A stretch of DNA of 63,028 nucleotides, counting the filler, from Atractiella rhizophila (taxonomy: Eukaryota), in NCBI GenBank assembly GCA_021432655.1. It is 24 parts of 24 records of this genome, joined end to end, with 100 filler letters (N's around TTAATTAATTAA, not from the genome) between each part and the next. Parts side by side here need not be neighbours in the genome. Positions count along the whole stretch, not along the records: positions 37,113 to 39,640 come from MU272669.1; positions 39,741 to 42,264 come from MU272670.1; positions 42,365 to 44,884 come from MU272671.1; positions 44,985 to 47,491 come from MU272672.1; positions 47,592 to 50,087 come from MU272673.1; positions 50,188 to 52,680 come from MU272674.1; 18 more parts are not named here. One strand, 5' to 3'. The translations under genes and the position numbers were made by a program. The notes under the pieces are model-generated. The model ran no database searches. It had not been told where the DNA came from and saw only the letters and a program-made list of their open reading frames with translations. Every line of letters begins with the position of its first letter. Positions within the stretch are counted from its first letter, which is position 1. Of this stretch, positions 38,788-51,291 are shown one piece after another.

Positions 38788-39640
38788 ATGTCCTTTCGCC
38801 GTGGCCTGGCAACGATCACTAGCATCCCTTCGCCTGCCTCGTCCATCCAGCTGGCCTCGCTTGTCCCCAAGATAGGCGGCCCAGGAGTATCATGGACGCG
38901 GTCAGAGATAACATCGATATACAACTCCCCTCTCATCGACCTAGTGTTCAAGTCCTCGCTCGTCCATCGCGAGTTCCAGCCACTGCACAAGGTCCAGCTG
39001 TGCACGTTGCTCAACATCAAGACGGGAGGATGTACGGAGGATTGCAGCTACTGTTCGCAGAGCAGCAGACATAAGACGGACGTCAAGGCGAGCAAGTTGG
39101 TTGATCTGGAACCCGTCTTGAAAGAGGCGAGGAGGGCAAAAGAGAATGGCAGCACGCGGTTTTGTATGGGTGCGGCGTGGAGGGATTTGCATGGACGGAA
39201 GAGCGGGTTTGAGAGGATACTGAAGATGGTAGAAGGAGTCAGGTTCGTCTTTCTGCTTAGCCGAACTGGTTGGAAGAGAAGGATGTGCATTGTTTAAGTG
39301 GAAGCATTGTATTATAGATGATGCTTTTGATCTGTCTTAATATGAGTAAAGCATAGTATTGACTTTCCATATTATAGGGCACTCGACATGGAAGTCTGCG
39401 CAACGCTCGGAATGCTGACCCCAGAGCAAGCGATGCGGCTGAAAGAGGCGGGATTGACCGCCTATAACCACAATCTAGACACTTCCCGAGAGTTTTACCC
39501 TAAAGTATGCTATTGGTCCGTCAACCGAGGATCAGGCTAAGCACAAAACACAGGTGATCACGACTCGCTCCTACGATGAACGGTTAGCAACGATAGACGC
39601 CGTTCAGCAGGCTGGCATCAAGGTGTGTTCAGGAGGCATT
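38788..39640 (+). CDS. BIO2: Biotin synthase, radical SAM (3' truncated)
   Basis: [24 protein letters not shown] (CxxxCxxC), [36 protein letters not shown]. Confidence 0.97.
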
Positions 39641-39740
39641 NNNNNNNNNNNNNNNNNNNNNNNNNNNNNNNNNNNNNNNNNNNNTTAATTAATTAANNNN
39701 NNNNNNNNNNNNNNNNNNNNNNNNNNNNNNNNNNNNNNNN

Positions 39741-39990
39741 CAAGCAGCAGGCTGTCGGTTCGTCGAACCCTTAGTGGGGTGCGCCTGCTTTCCTTGCGTC
39801 CCCCTTCAGGTAGCGTAGCTTAGCGTTCGGAGCTCGTTTTTGTGCAGGTTTCGTGCTTGCTTTGCAGCGCTTAGCTTGCATTACGCGCGCCTCTTCACGT
39901 CGTATGAGGCACGTGCTACCGACCTCCGACCGCCCGGCTCCGCTCCACCCAACTTGGCCGAAGAGTAATGTGCGTTTCAGTAGTTAGAGT
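39741..39990 (+). ncRNA. Candidate structured RNA segment (unassigned, 5' truncated by contig edge)
   Basis: Nested helices found by eye: AGCAGGC/GCCTGCT, GGTAGC/GCTACC, AGCTTAGCG/CGCTTAGCT, GCCTC/GAGGC. No ORF in the track. Confidence 0.3.
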
Positions 39991-40751
39991 GAGCTGAAGA
40001 ACAGATTTGTTGGACCTGACAACTTGAGAAGCATCATCAACGGACATTAAAGTGCATCAATCCGCTTAAACATTTGTCATTGGATGATCGAATTTCATGA
40101 AGAGGGCCATCTCTTTTGCCGTTCGCTCTCAGCATCAGCAGCACCTTCAGGCGAGTTTGTACCTCCGTCCATATAGTATTCGGCCGTACTAATCCTCATT
40201 GGAACAGATCGCCAGACTACCCAAGTCCCATTTCACTCCAGCCTTTCAGCAAACGAGAAAGATGGTATCCAAAAGCGCCAATCCTACCAATCGTGAGTAT
40301 CTCATTCTAAGGTAGCGAGAGTATGGGAGCTGTTGTTCCTTCATTCTACCTCTTCATAGTTGTTAAAGTTTACGTGAAAGCTGCTGATAGCAGCCCTATC
40401 CTTGTGCACGAGTTGTCAACTAGACGATCCTGTGTATTGCTAGTTCAGGAAGGGAGCCTCAAATTCTGCAGTCCCCTATTGATCTCGAAGCTCCGCTGGA
40501 ATGATGGTGAAATAATATGTTTTATTTTGATTCTCCGTTCCACGGCCTTAAGCTACTTCATCCCTCGTCGATTATCTCATTCCAGAGCAGAGCGTACTCT
40601 TTGCCCTTTGCGGAGGAGTAGGGAAGCAACTATTAGGTTACTGAAATGACTTGAATCATCTCCTGCTCAAGGAATCTTGTTTATTGTGTTGAATAGCTTG
40701 AATACTAGGGGGGAAGTTTTCAAAACGAAGGACATTTGATTCACAGCTCGT

Positions 40752-42264
40752 ATGGTGGTCGTGAATTTAATCTCGCTTGCTCTTCAAATTATTCAAATTA
40801 TTCATGCATTTGACCTGTTTCTGACAGCTACCGACCCCAACTCTTTCGTGCAAAAACCACACAAGTGCGCACTGTATCCTCTGTGAAGCATACACTCTAA
40901 CCTTCCTGGTAGCCTTCTTCTTATCCCTGGTCCCATTGAGGTTTCCGACCCGGTTCTCTACGCCAATGCCCATCCTAGCGTCTCGCACATGTCCCTCGAC
41001 TTTGGGAAGGTCTTTGGGGATTGCATCCAGATGACCCGTCAGGTTATCTTTCCCAGATGTTCCTTGCACCCGTTTACTCATAAGACCTGATTAGCTTCTG
41101 TATTCCCAAACAGCGCAACCGTTCCTCGTCGCTGGCTCTGGTACTCTCGGTTGGGACATGGTGGCATCAAACCTGCTCAGCGAAGGGGACGAGGTGCTTC
41201 TTCTCAATACCGGATTCTTCGGGGACTGTTTTGCGGATTGCTTGAGCGTCTACACCTCCCCTGAGAGGGTCCACCAACTCCCAGCCCCAAAAGTCGGACA
41301 TCGTCCTTCGATGGCTGCTCTTGAAGAGAAGCTCAAGGAGCGAAAGTACAAGATGGTCTGCTTCACTCACGTTGATACCTGTATGTCGTGCGCCTTTGCT
41401 TTGAACTTACTGACGGGTATCGTCAGCAACGGCCGTCTTGAGCTCACCAAAGGAAATCGGAGAGACTGTCAAACGCGTCAGCCCTGATACTCTGGTAGTT
41501 CTGGACGGAGTGTGCAGCGTTGCGAGTGAAGAGATTAGAATGGACGACTGGAACATCGATGTGGTGTGTTGCAACATATCTTCCATTGTTCACAAGCTGA
41601 CGTAGAATCAGGTTCTCACAGCGTCTCAGAAGGCCATTTCCATTCCTCCCGGCCTTGCGATAGTGGTCGTCAGTCAAAGAGCTTTGGATATCGCGAATAA
41701 AGTCAAGCTTGGAGAGAAACCTTCTCGGTTTGTTTTTCCCTCCCGTCATGATATTGAACAGCGCCCAAGTTGTGTTATCAGGGCATACTTCACGGATATG
41801 CGCCGGTGGCTACCCATTCACAAGGCGTACGAATCCGGCAGCGTGGCGTACTTCGCGACGCCACCCGTGCAGCTCATATATGCCTTCCATGTCTGTTTCA
41901 GTCTTTCAATCTTGATCCAGTCTCATTTTTTGTGTAGGCGTCGCTGACAGCGATACTGGCCGGAGGCCTAGAGAAGCGCTTTGCTATTCACAAAGAGAAA
42001 TCGGCTTGGTTAAAGGCTCAAATTGCGAATTTGGGCTTGAAACAAGTGGCCGAACAGCCCCAGGACCAATCTAACTCGATGACCGCTATCTACACTCCTG
42101 AAGGAGTGGAGACACCTCAGATCATCGGTGGTTTGTTGAAGAAAGGCGTCGTCATTGCTGCAGGCATTCATAGCGAGATCAAGACCAAATATTTCCGCAT
42201 CGGCCACATGTCTGTCTTTTCACCTCTGAAGTTGTGAACTAACTGAACATGAGAGCAGGGGCAC
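40752..42264 (+). CDS. AGX1: Alanine-glyoxylate aminotransferase, class V PLP enzyme (3' truncated; start uncertain)
   Basis: LLIPGPIE, AGSGTLGWD, THVDT, VLDGVCSV, TASQK (PLP lysine), YFATPPVQL, YFRIGHM. Confidence 0.93.
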
Positions 42265-42364
42265 NNNNNNNNNNNNNNNNNNNNNNNNNNNNNNNNNNNN
42301 NNNNNNNNTTAATTAATTAANNNNNNNNNNNNNNNNNNNNNNNNNNNNNNNNNNNNNNNNNNNN

Positions 42365-42737
42365 CGCTATTCCCAACCTCAGAACATTGGAGCTTCAATC
42401 ATTCCCTCTCGATGCTTGGGATCCTAAATATGACTCATTTGGACCCTTCACTCCAACCTTACGAACTTTGACTTTGACCGAATGTTTTGGCAGTTTTCTT
42501 GATTTGCAACTCTGGAGATCTACGTTCATAAAGCTACCTGGAAACCTCAAAACGCTTTGCCTAAAGGGTGATATCGATGGAGCTGATGTCGAACTTGTTG
42601 ATGCATTGAAGGACCTTGTCGAAGAACACGGGATTACAGCAAAATGGTTGATTGACGTCGAATACATTGAATCTGATGGATCTACTTCATCTTCGTCTGA
42701 CACCGAATACTCTGTAACTACATCTCCATCTCCATAG
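42365..42737 (+). CDS. C-terminus of an LRR/RNI-like (probably F-box) protein
   Basis: PNLRTLEL, TLRTLTL, NLKTLCL repeats. Confidence 0.55.
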
Positions 42738-43196
42738 ACAATAATCCTGTAAATTCAGAACCTTGTAACATTAGAGCTCTGTGCCTTCGTCCTCGATCCC
42801 GCGATCCAGAATCCTGCACGTTTGATCCCCTTCGCCCCAAACATACAAATTTTGGCTTTGCTCTTTTCTCCAGATCATCCACAATCAAAGTTGCTTCCAG
42901 GAAACAAGGTGCGAGCGGTCTGTCTGGACGATTTTATGAAGAGCAGAAAGGAGAAAGGCTCAAAAGAATCGGGGACATATCTCAAGCAACAGAGCATTAT
43001 AGTAGAGTGGACTTTTGCCCAATTGCTTATCCATCTTTTGATCATCCTTCTTCGCCATAGGCTAGGCTTCCCAAATGGAGCCAAAAATTGGTTGGGCTTT
43101 CTGCGCGAAAGTTCTACTTGCAAATTGACTCCATTTAGCTCCGGATTCAATATGCCAAACCATTAATGCAGATGTATCCATCATACATTGTTTGCG

Positions 43197-44884
43197 TCAA
43201 AGTTTATGTTTCCTCTGTTTCGTCGCAATCTCTAAAAACCTTTCCTGAGGCTTCCCGCTAACAAATCGTTCCGTCCCAACAAAGATCTCATTCATATTAA
43301 TCGTGTCGCCCCTCTCCCTCCCCAGCCCGTCCTGTATCAACGTCTTCGTAAGCACCAGCGACTCCTTCACAAGGTCCTCTGTGCTCTCGCGCACATGTGA
43401 GAGGACGGTGGAGAGAAAGTCTTGTTTCGGGAAGAGGCGGTTTATGAATCCGGCTCGCTCCAATTCCTTCGCTGTGAGTTTGCGGGAGAGTAACAAAGCT
43501 GTCCGAGACGGGTATAGTTAGCTACAAAGATGTAGGTGGATAGAGGGATGGAGGAGGAATGGATGGACGGTGCAAGGCCCACCTTCGTTCGCTAGTCCCA
43601 CTCCCATTCGTCTAGGGAACGTCAAGCTCGCTCCCCCTTCCGCCGCGAGCCCGAGTCTGTTCCCATGGACGGCCCCATCAGTACCGTGCACCGTTTTCTA
43701 TCACGGACGCAACGAGGACGGAGTTATACGGACCCAGTGAAAGGTGTGAGGAGGAAAAAGTCTTCGGTGGCATAGAGGAAGTCGAACCAACCCAAGAGGG
43801 CAGCGGAGAGACCGATTGCTGGTCCTGCATGTCATACTTGTCAGCTTTGTGGAAGGGGGAGTAAGGATGGACTGACCGTTGAGGGCGGCGATGAGCAGCT
43901 TTTTGTGTTCCATGCACGCTTTTGCTAGTTGCATGTTACCTTTCCACAAAGGCGAGTCAGGATTAGAATCACACTAGGATCAGTGAGAATGATTGGAGAA
44001 GGTAATACAACGTCGCGACAATCCAATATCCAGTTTGAAGAAGAAAGTTTTATTAAATCGAGCATTGGAGTTAAAGAGAGCGCTGCATCATACACGGCAT
44101 GAGTTCGAAGTCTATTTCGCCATATAGACGAGCGAGCTAGCAGAAGTTCATTAATGAAGCTCAAATACGTGCCAACTTTGAACTTTGTAAATTCAGAACG
44201 GGACGAATAGGTCGATATTCCCGACGTCCGTGGCCTCTCACGCAGCTCTGCGGTGGCTGTGCTTAAAACAGGAGCCTAATTTCTCCCAAAAAATTTCTAG
44301 CTCCATGATGGTCAACGAGCGAACATGCAACATTATTTGAACATACCCACTATATCAAATACCAAGCAAGCCTGACGAAAACACGAAAACAACATTGTTG
44401 TCCGTCATTGTCAGTTATGAATGAAAAATTTGCCTTCGCCATTGATTAATAAGACAAGTATCGTAATATTATGTCATTTCTCTTAGCTTCTTTACATGGA
44501 CTATCCAGTTTGGAGAAGAATCCTGCTCCGTTCTTGGAAGATTCAAATCACGGGACATTGCGGCTTGTAGGCTACTGTCACTACAGCTTTAAACGCGTAA
44601 AATTCAAGGCAGGGTAGATAGCTCCTGCTATTCTAGTAGAGAATTTGAGCTTGCTTATGATGTAGAAGCGCAGGGTAGGAAGAAGGGGACATAAGCCCTC
44701 GCTGTGCGTGTCAATTTTAGAAATTGTAACGAGCTCAACAAATCAGATGAACAGACATCTTGTTCAGGTCTAATCTCTCTTTCAAAAAACAACGAAATAA
44801 AAGCTCAAAGGCACTCAAAAGGGAGAATCCAGAGCGTACCAGCTGACAGACGGCTCATCCAATGAGTCCTCACGTCCTCTCCAT
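43197..44884 (-). CDS. ECI1: Peroxisomal delta3,delta2-enoyl-CoA isomerase, crotonase family (5' truncated)
   Basis: HKKLLIAALNG/PAIGLSAAL, FLLTPF, LGLAAEGGAS, PTS1-like C-terminus HKL*. Upstream exon GEDVRTHWMSRLSAG at 44884-44840. Confidence 0.9.
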
Positions 44885-44984
44885 NNNNNNNNNNNNNNNN
44901 NNNNNNNNNNNNNNNNNNNNNNNNNNNNTTAATTAATTAANNNNNNNNNNNNNNNNNNNNNNNNNNNNNNNNNNNNNNNNNNNN

Positions 44985-45194
44985 AGTCCAAGGATGGGTT
45001 CTCCAGCTGTTTCTCCTCGGGCTCAATCACCAGCTCTCCTGCATTCACCCGTTGTACCTCACAGTCCGGTCATGACTGGGGTTGCGTCACCACTGACGTT
45101 ATCGTCGGACGCAGTACATAAAAGTGGATTACCGAGTCCAGTCTCGAAGGTGGAAGAAGGAAAGGACATTTTGTCAGAAGTAAAGATTGAGTAA
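44985..45194 (+). CDS. C-terminal SP-rich tail of an unknown protein
   Basis: Open frame from the gap with repeated SP motifs; stop at 45192-45194. Confidence 0.45.
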   Translation, partial: SPRMGSPAVSPRAQSPALLHSPVVPHSPVMTGVASPLTLSSDAVHKSGLPSPVSKVEEGKDILSEVKIE

Positions 45195-47038
45195 AACAAG
45201 AATTCGAGTCTTTTTATGGTATTGACTGGGTATGACGAGGGAGTGGTGATATGGTTTAAAAAGGCACAAATCCAATTTGTCGTGCGAAGCTCCAGATATG
45301 AACAATTTCAGTACTTTTTAATTTTATCTTTACTTCTTTCCTCATTGATACAATCAGTTGGTTTTGAAGGTTCTTTTGTCAGTTTACCCGCAAGTCTCAT
45401 GTGAGAGCTGTGGACAGTTCGTTGTTATTCTCCTTGTCATATTGTTCCGTAAGCAATGGCAAATAGCAATTGTGGCTTGGCATACATAAGCTTCACACTT
45501 CTCGTGAACGGAACCTACTGCAATTTGGTTCCACTCGGGTCAATTGTCACTGAAATAGAAATGACAGTAAAATAAGATGAAAAATAATTAGTTTTGCATG
45601 TCTTGTCGGACCTTCCAACGAACTCAGAGATGAGGTTGACTTTGTCCCTAGCCGTTGAATATTGCTATTGAAAACAGGTGCGAGAGATGGCCAAAGAAAG
45701 CGCTTCAAAATCTGCCGAGTGATGATTTTTCGGATCTCTCAGCTGACTATTTGGTGCAGCTGGTTTCTGAGGTCTGTGTACGTTCTCCTCATTCAAGGAC
45801 GAAGTTGGCAAAGACTGGGCAAGCTGGCTGTCTCCACATTCGTACATCAACATTGGGGAGCCACACACCTCTGGTCTGCTTGATCCACCAGGATTCAGCA
45901 AAAGATGCAGCTTTGTTTCTTCATTTGTATATATTTATTTATGCGTGATGAGGAACTTGGTGGTAGGTAACTCCTGCAAACCTGTCAAAGAACGTGCTTT
46001 GCGTGCGAAAAAGCTGACGGCGGGAACGCTGATTGATGACCATACCTGAGATAGCTTTCCAGGTGATGCACCACTGATGCGGTTGCAGCTGGAACTGCTG
46101 GCTGCTCATCCACCAGCTCGTGAACTTGAAGCAAGGCGAGAACTACGAAGGTGGGCACGCCAAAGAAGCAACAAACGACGACGAAGATTGTATCCTACGA
46201 CGATAATGGAGGCTGTTTGCGGCACTTGGCGCACTTGCCAATACACTTTCCTTAATTGCGCCCGAAACCTTATTGTGAATTGATGGCTGAACTTGAACTG
46301 GACAACTGACATCCAGTTGGCTCTCCGATTCGATGCCCTCGCTTGTTCAGTAAGCCCTTATAAAGGGCAGTCCTCTCTCCATCCTGAGTGGAGGTGAGAA
46401 AGAAGTCGGAAATGCAGCCAGCGGAAACTACCTTGCTCGTGAGCACTTGCCCCTGCCACAATGGTTCTCATTCTGTCTCAGGGCGAAGTTGATGGTGGCT
46501 ACGCTGTACTCATAAATGGAGACGTGGTAATCTTTCCTCGAGAGGAGGTCCTCAGCATCCTGGTCAGGCTCATCGCCATGGCGAGTAAGCTCTCTCACTT
46601 CTCCATTTATGCCTAACTAAGTGGGGAGGATGTTGAGGTGGACCCAACGGAGCCCGGAACTGAACGACGCCTCCATCCTCCAGCTTTAGTGCGAAGTTCT
46701 TCCATCCTACCCATGGCAGGCCGCTCTCTCGTCTCCTTTCTATTCCACTGCTTCTTTCACATACTTCTTTGCTATCCCGTTTTGTTCCTCAAACTCCATC
46801 CCGCTCTCTCTCTCTGACTGTTGGTTGTTTGTCATTTTTGATGCGATAGTCAGTACACAGAATGCTAATGGAGAAGTGTTTCGGAATAGAATTCTGCAGG
46901 GAGCGTTAAAGCTCTGGACCCCATGGTGAGCGTGTGGGTCAGTTGAAGGGAGTTCTAAATTTTGGATCTCATTTTGTAACTCGTTTATCAGAAAGACACT
47001 GTATGTGTTTGTAAGTCTCCACACAACCCACTACCATG

Positions 47039-47491
47039 TTACCACACAACAGGTAGTTCGGTAATGCCCACGTCTTTGTTCAGAGGACTATACTTGACCT
47101 CTTCAAACGGAATCGCCAATCTAAGGTTAGGAAGGCGTTGCCAGAGCGTTGCTGCGTCTGCGATGAGCAAAGACTCACCAATAGCATGATGATTACTCAC
47201 CGAAAACGATTTCCAGCTCAGCTCGAGCCAGCCATTCCGCAACACATTCATGTTGACCATATCCGAATCCTAGAGCCTGTTCCTTCCCCCTCTTTCGGTG
47301 GAGATCGAATGTATCTGGATCGGGGAAGATGTCTTCATCCCTGTTACCGCTCATGGTGGCTGCGATAATTCCTTCGCCGGTTTTGATTGTCTACATTTTT
47401 AATTGATGAATAATTGGAGAGGAATAGGAAGTAGACGCGTACCACTCCATTTAGAACAATGTCTTCCTTTGCTACACGCTTCGTTGCAAGA
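47039..47491 (-). CDS. CYP55: Cytochrome P450nor (CYP55, nitric oxide reductase), C-terminal part with 2 introns
   Basis: LATKRVAKEDI../GEGIIAA..SGNRDEDIFPDPDTFD.HR..ALGFGYGQHECVAEWLARAELEIVF/ATLWQRLPNLRLAIP..EVKYSPLNKDVGITELPVVW*. The CxAE heme motif and DVGI.LPV tail match CYP55. Confidence 0.88.
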
Positions 47492-47706
47492 NNNNNNNNN
47501 NNNNNNNNNNNNNNNNNNNNNNNNNNNNNNNNNNNTTAATTAATTAANNNNNNNNNNNNNNNNNNNNNNNNNNNNNNNNNNNNNNNNNNNNAAGGAATGA
47601 GTGGACCAAGAAGAAAGTGACGGTGGACGAAAGTCGAAGGTTATCCCGGTGGCCAGCGAGAGGAAGAAGGATCGTACCGCAGGGAGCGTTTCGTTGATCG
47701 TCGGAT

Positions 47707-48297
47707 TCACTGACAGAGTTCCATCCCCTTCTCCAGTGCCCCACGCTCCATTGCCAGCATCTGCTTGTCGATCGAGAGCGAGAAACCAGGGGAGTGGAAT
47801 CCGCCGGAAGAGAGATGCTGATGCTGGAGTTGTTGAGGTTGAGGAGAAGAAGGGACGGAAGTCGGGTTCAATACTTTTTGCAACACTTCGTCCGCCTCCA
47901 GCATCTTCATCCCTCCGATCAAAACTACCTCTTCTCCTTCATGCCCTTCGTTCACGATTGGTTCTCCGTCGCATCCTCCTTCGTCGTCCGAATCTTCCAG
48001 GTCCGATCTCTTCCTCTTCATTCCACAAATCGCTCGTTTGTTGGACGGCAAAGTGGATTCGTCGGAGGAAGCGGAGGAGGAGGAGGATATGGATTGGAGG
48101 GAAGAGCGCTTTTCGAGGAGGATGAGTCGTTCCTGAGAGGCGAAGAAGGAGGATAGAGCAAGGAGTTCGGACGGAGGTAGAAGAGAGGAGGTCTGACAGG
48201 CAGGAGCAAGCAAGGGATCGAAATTAGTGAAACTGCGTTGTGAAGTCAACAAGGGATTGGGTGGGCTCACGATGCTGGTCGTCAAAGGAGGAGACAT
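47707..48297 (-). CDS. Hypothetical protein (196 aa)
   Basis: ATG-initiated ORF with Ser-rich and acidic tracts and a KRKR NLS-like motif. Confidence 0.55.
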   Translation of the reverse strand: MSPPLTTSIVSPPNPLLTSQRSFTNFDPLLAPACQTSSLLPPSELLALSSFFASQERLILLEKRSSLQSISSSSSASSDESTLPSNKRAICGMKRKRSDLEDSDDEGGCDGEPIVNEGHEGEEVVLIGGMKMLEADEVLQKVLNPTSVPSSPQPQQLQHQHLSSGGFHSPGFSLSIDKQMLAMERGALEKGMELCQ

Positions 48298-48903
48298 CCT
48301 TTTTCTTTTCTTTTCGCTTTGAATTTGAACTACTATAGAGAAGAGAATGGCAGCCTAGCTAGCTAGCTCGATCGTCAAACGAGTGCCTGGTGATGTGCAA
48401 GTTGTTTGACTTTGGCAGTCAACTCGAAGTCGTCCAGCGGGGAAATCTCAGTGAAGAGATGAACTTCTTTGGCCAGAGAGAGGATAAAGGTGGTTTAAAA
48501 CGGTGTAATAGGGTCGTAGCGAGCGGAACGTAGACGAGAGGTGGGAAGTGCGTCGAGGTATTATTGAGTAAGAATTTCGACCAGAAAGACGGCGAGCTGA
48601 CTTGTCGGTCCGGCCCACCCAAACTTTCACGATATCGGCCTGACCTGAGAGCTTGGTTTGGCGTGTTGGAGTGAGCGTGAGTGGAAGGGTCCCCCCCAAT
48701 CGTTGGGAGCTTTTGAGGCGAACTTGACTTGACTTGGTCGTTTTGCTGTGATGCTCCCGAAGCGACGAACAACGACACCTTGTTCGGCTGCGCACACACG
48801 GACGCAGACACACCCAGCGTTTTCAGCCTGTGCTTTGTCCTGATTAGCCAATCTTGCATCTTAGCCAGGAGTCCGACCATCACACTTGTGCAGACTCTCC
48901 CAG

Positions 48904-49462
48904 CATGCAGGCACCAACGATTGCCCCGTCGACGTCAGCGCCAGAGCGTCCCATGAATGCGCCATCAGCGTCTCAGTCCACCTCCGCCAGCTCCGCATGC
49001 ACCACCCCTTCCGCGTCCACTTCCGGCCACTCCAGACCAACACTCTACAATCGCCAGCGGGGCTTCTCAGAACTAGTCTTTCCGCGCCCCGAACTCCCCA
49101 TCACGACCTCCAACATCTTATCGAGCGAGAGGGAAGGCCAGAAAACGGTCAGGCTGCTCCTGGGTGGCAATTTCAAAGGTGGGAGCAAGGAGAGTGCGGA
49201 GAGCGGGTGTGGGAATGAGAAGTGGAGAATGGAACAGGTGAAGGAGGATGAAGATGTCGGTGGATCGAGATCGAGGGATGGACCTGAACTCCTCGTTTGG
49301 GGATTCGAGCTCCGTGAGTGCCAGTCCTTCTTGTTTGGGGCAGGCAAGCGTGTTCTTGCCCAATCAGTCGCTTCGGCTTTGTTGTGCCGATTTCATGCCC
49401 TCTCTTCAACACTGAGTCGCATGGAGGGTTTGATGAAGCTGTATCCTCTAATTGTCTATTGA
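48904..49462 (+). CDS. Hypothetical protein (~185 aa)
   Basis: Open frame from ATG 48904; Ser/Pro-rich N-terminus. Confidence 0.4.
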
Positions 49463-50187
49463 AGGCATTCATGTCCTTCACTTACTTCCCTCGGTTAGCA
49501 CTACCTCCTCTATTTCGTTCGAGATCCGTTCATTGCCTGAACATCCTACGCGTCGCGTATGACCATCCCGGTGTTGATTGGTGTTGATTGTGGCTACTGT
49601 CGATACATCAACCCAGCGACGGTTATTATTCTCGACTCCGTTTCGGTCGCTGGCATTGTCCACCACTGACCCAGCCGCATAAGCGTCTCACTTTGTGGGC
49701 GGCACTTTTCAGAAATAATTGCCTATTGCCAGCAGCCACGTTGTTTCACTTGCTGGTCAGCGTCCGCCATTCCACCAATCAGAAGGACCACCTTTTAGAT
49801 TTGGTCGGTAATTAGCAACAACCCTCGCACACCATTGGCTCGTCCACGCCACTATCTCTAGATACAGATTTCTGGGATTGATCAAGAAGCTGTTCTTCCC
49901 TTCTGGCCAGCATCCCAAATCTTCATCTTTAGCATGACAGCTCCAGTTTCATTATTCACGTCACCTTCTCGCCTTGTTACTCCTCAAAGGATTGTCCCAC
50001 ATCTGTTCACTGTGATTAAGTACGAATCAAGGAGCAAAAGTCACCCAAGTGCTTAGTCGGGCTCGTTATAGCTGTCGTCCTAACTTANNNNNNNNNNNNN
50101 NNNNNNNNNNNNNNNNNNNNNNNNNNNNNNNTTAATTAATTAANNNNNNNNNNNNNNNNNNNNNNNNNNNNNNNNNNNNNNNNNNNN

Positions 50188-51142
50188 GGTGCGGACGGGG
50201 AGGTGGGGAGGGACATCGAGCGCATGTTTCGTTCGCTTGGTGTGCATCAGCATCAGCATCAGCAACATGGGGAGAGGAGGAAAGGTTCGCTGTCCATCTC
50301 TCCTTCGGAGCGGCACGGGTTGCTGGGAGGCTCCAACCCGCACTGGGAGTCTGGTCTCGTTTCCCATGGGCTCTACCTCGGCGCACCGTCCCAGCGCACG
50401 CTTTCCAAGTCTCTCTCCCTCTCGCCCTCTCCTCCCTCCTCCTCTCTCCTCAAAACCCAATCCCACATCCTCAGCCACGCATGGACGCTCCATTCTTCGT
50501 CGGAGGAAGAGGACGCGGCCAAGTTGCAGAGGGAGTTGAAGACCCATCAGGAGATGAGGGAGAAGGTGCCCCTGATGGAACTTGTGAGGGGAGGAGAGGA
50601 TGAGAGGGAGGCAATGCAGTGGAGGCAGACCGCGGCGGGGTTGTGGAGCAGGATTTATGGTGCTTATGAGGGTTGGAGTGGGAAGAGCGCTCTCCAAGAG
50701 AGTATCGAGCGGCTGGTCAGGAAGGAAAAGATTGTGGTGTTTAGTAAAACTACTTGTCCGTAAGTCCTCTCACTCCTTCCTTTCCTTGTCATACTTCTTT
50801 TCAAACATGATTATGCCACAGATACTCGCGAAAAGCTAAAGCTCTGCTCACACACCACTCCATCCCCTTCACCCCAATAGAAGTCGACCTCCGTCGTACG
50901 TCCCTCTTCCACCCCTACATTCCCCATCAACCTACGCTGTACTAACCATCACGCGCGCCGGAACAGCGGACCTGAACCTCCTCAAACCCCTCCTCACATC
51001 CCTTACATCCCACAGCACCTTCCCAAACATCATCATCGCCGGTCGGTCCATCGGCGGGAGCGATGACTTGGAGAGGTCCAAGGCGACGGGCGAGTTGAAG
51101 AGGGTGTTGGAAGAGGTCGGGGTGTCGTTTACGGGACTTTGA
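50188..51142 (+). CDS. Monothiol glutaredoxin (CPYS; Grx6/7-like) with long N-terminal extension (5' truncated)
   Basis: Spliced IVVFSKTTCP/YSRKAK, IEVDLR, TFPNIIIAGRSIGGSDD. Confidence 0.9.
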
Positions 51143-51291
51143 TCACACACTTTATAAGATATTAAGGGGACTTTTGTTGCATTGAAGGTTTGGAGGTAAG
51201 TATAGCTGTTGTTTGAGGCACGGACTCCATTGGTTGCTTTGTACCACCTTAGTGTGATTAGGATGGGGTAATTATGTCTGACCATCTCACT

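Noticed and set aside
39945..40095. U3 snoRNA-like boxes
   Set aside because: No box A/A' complementary to 18S, and the B/C/D order and spacing are wrong.
45940..46850. Possible multi-exon minus-strand gene
   Set aside because: Could not assemble a consistent frame or recognise a domain.
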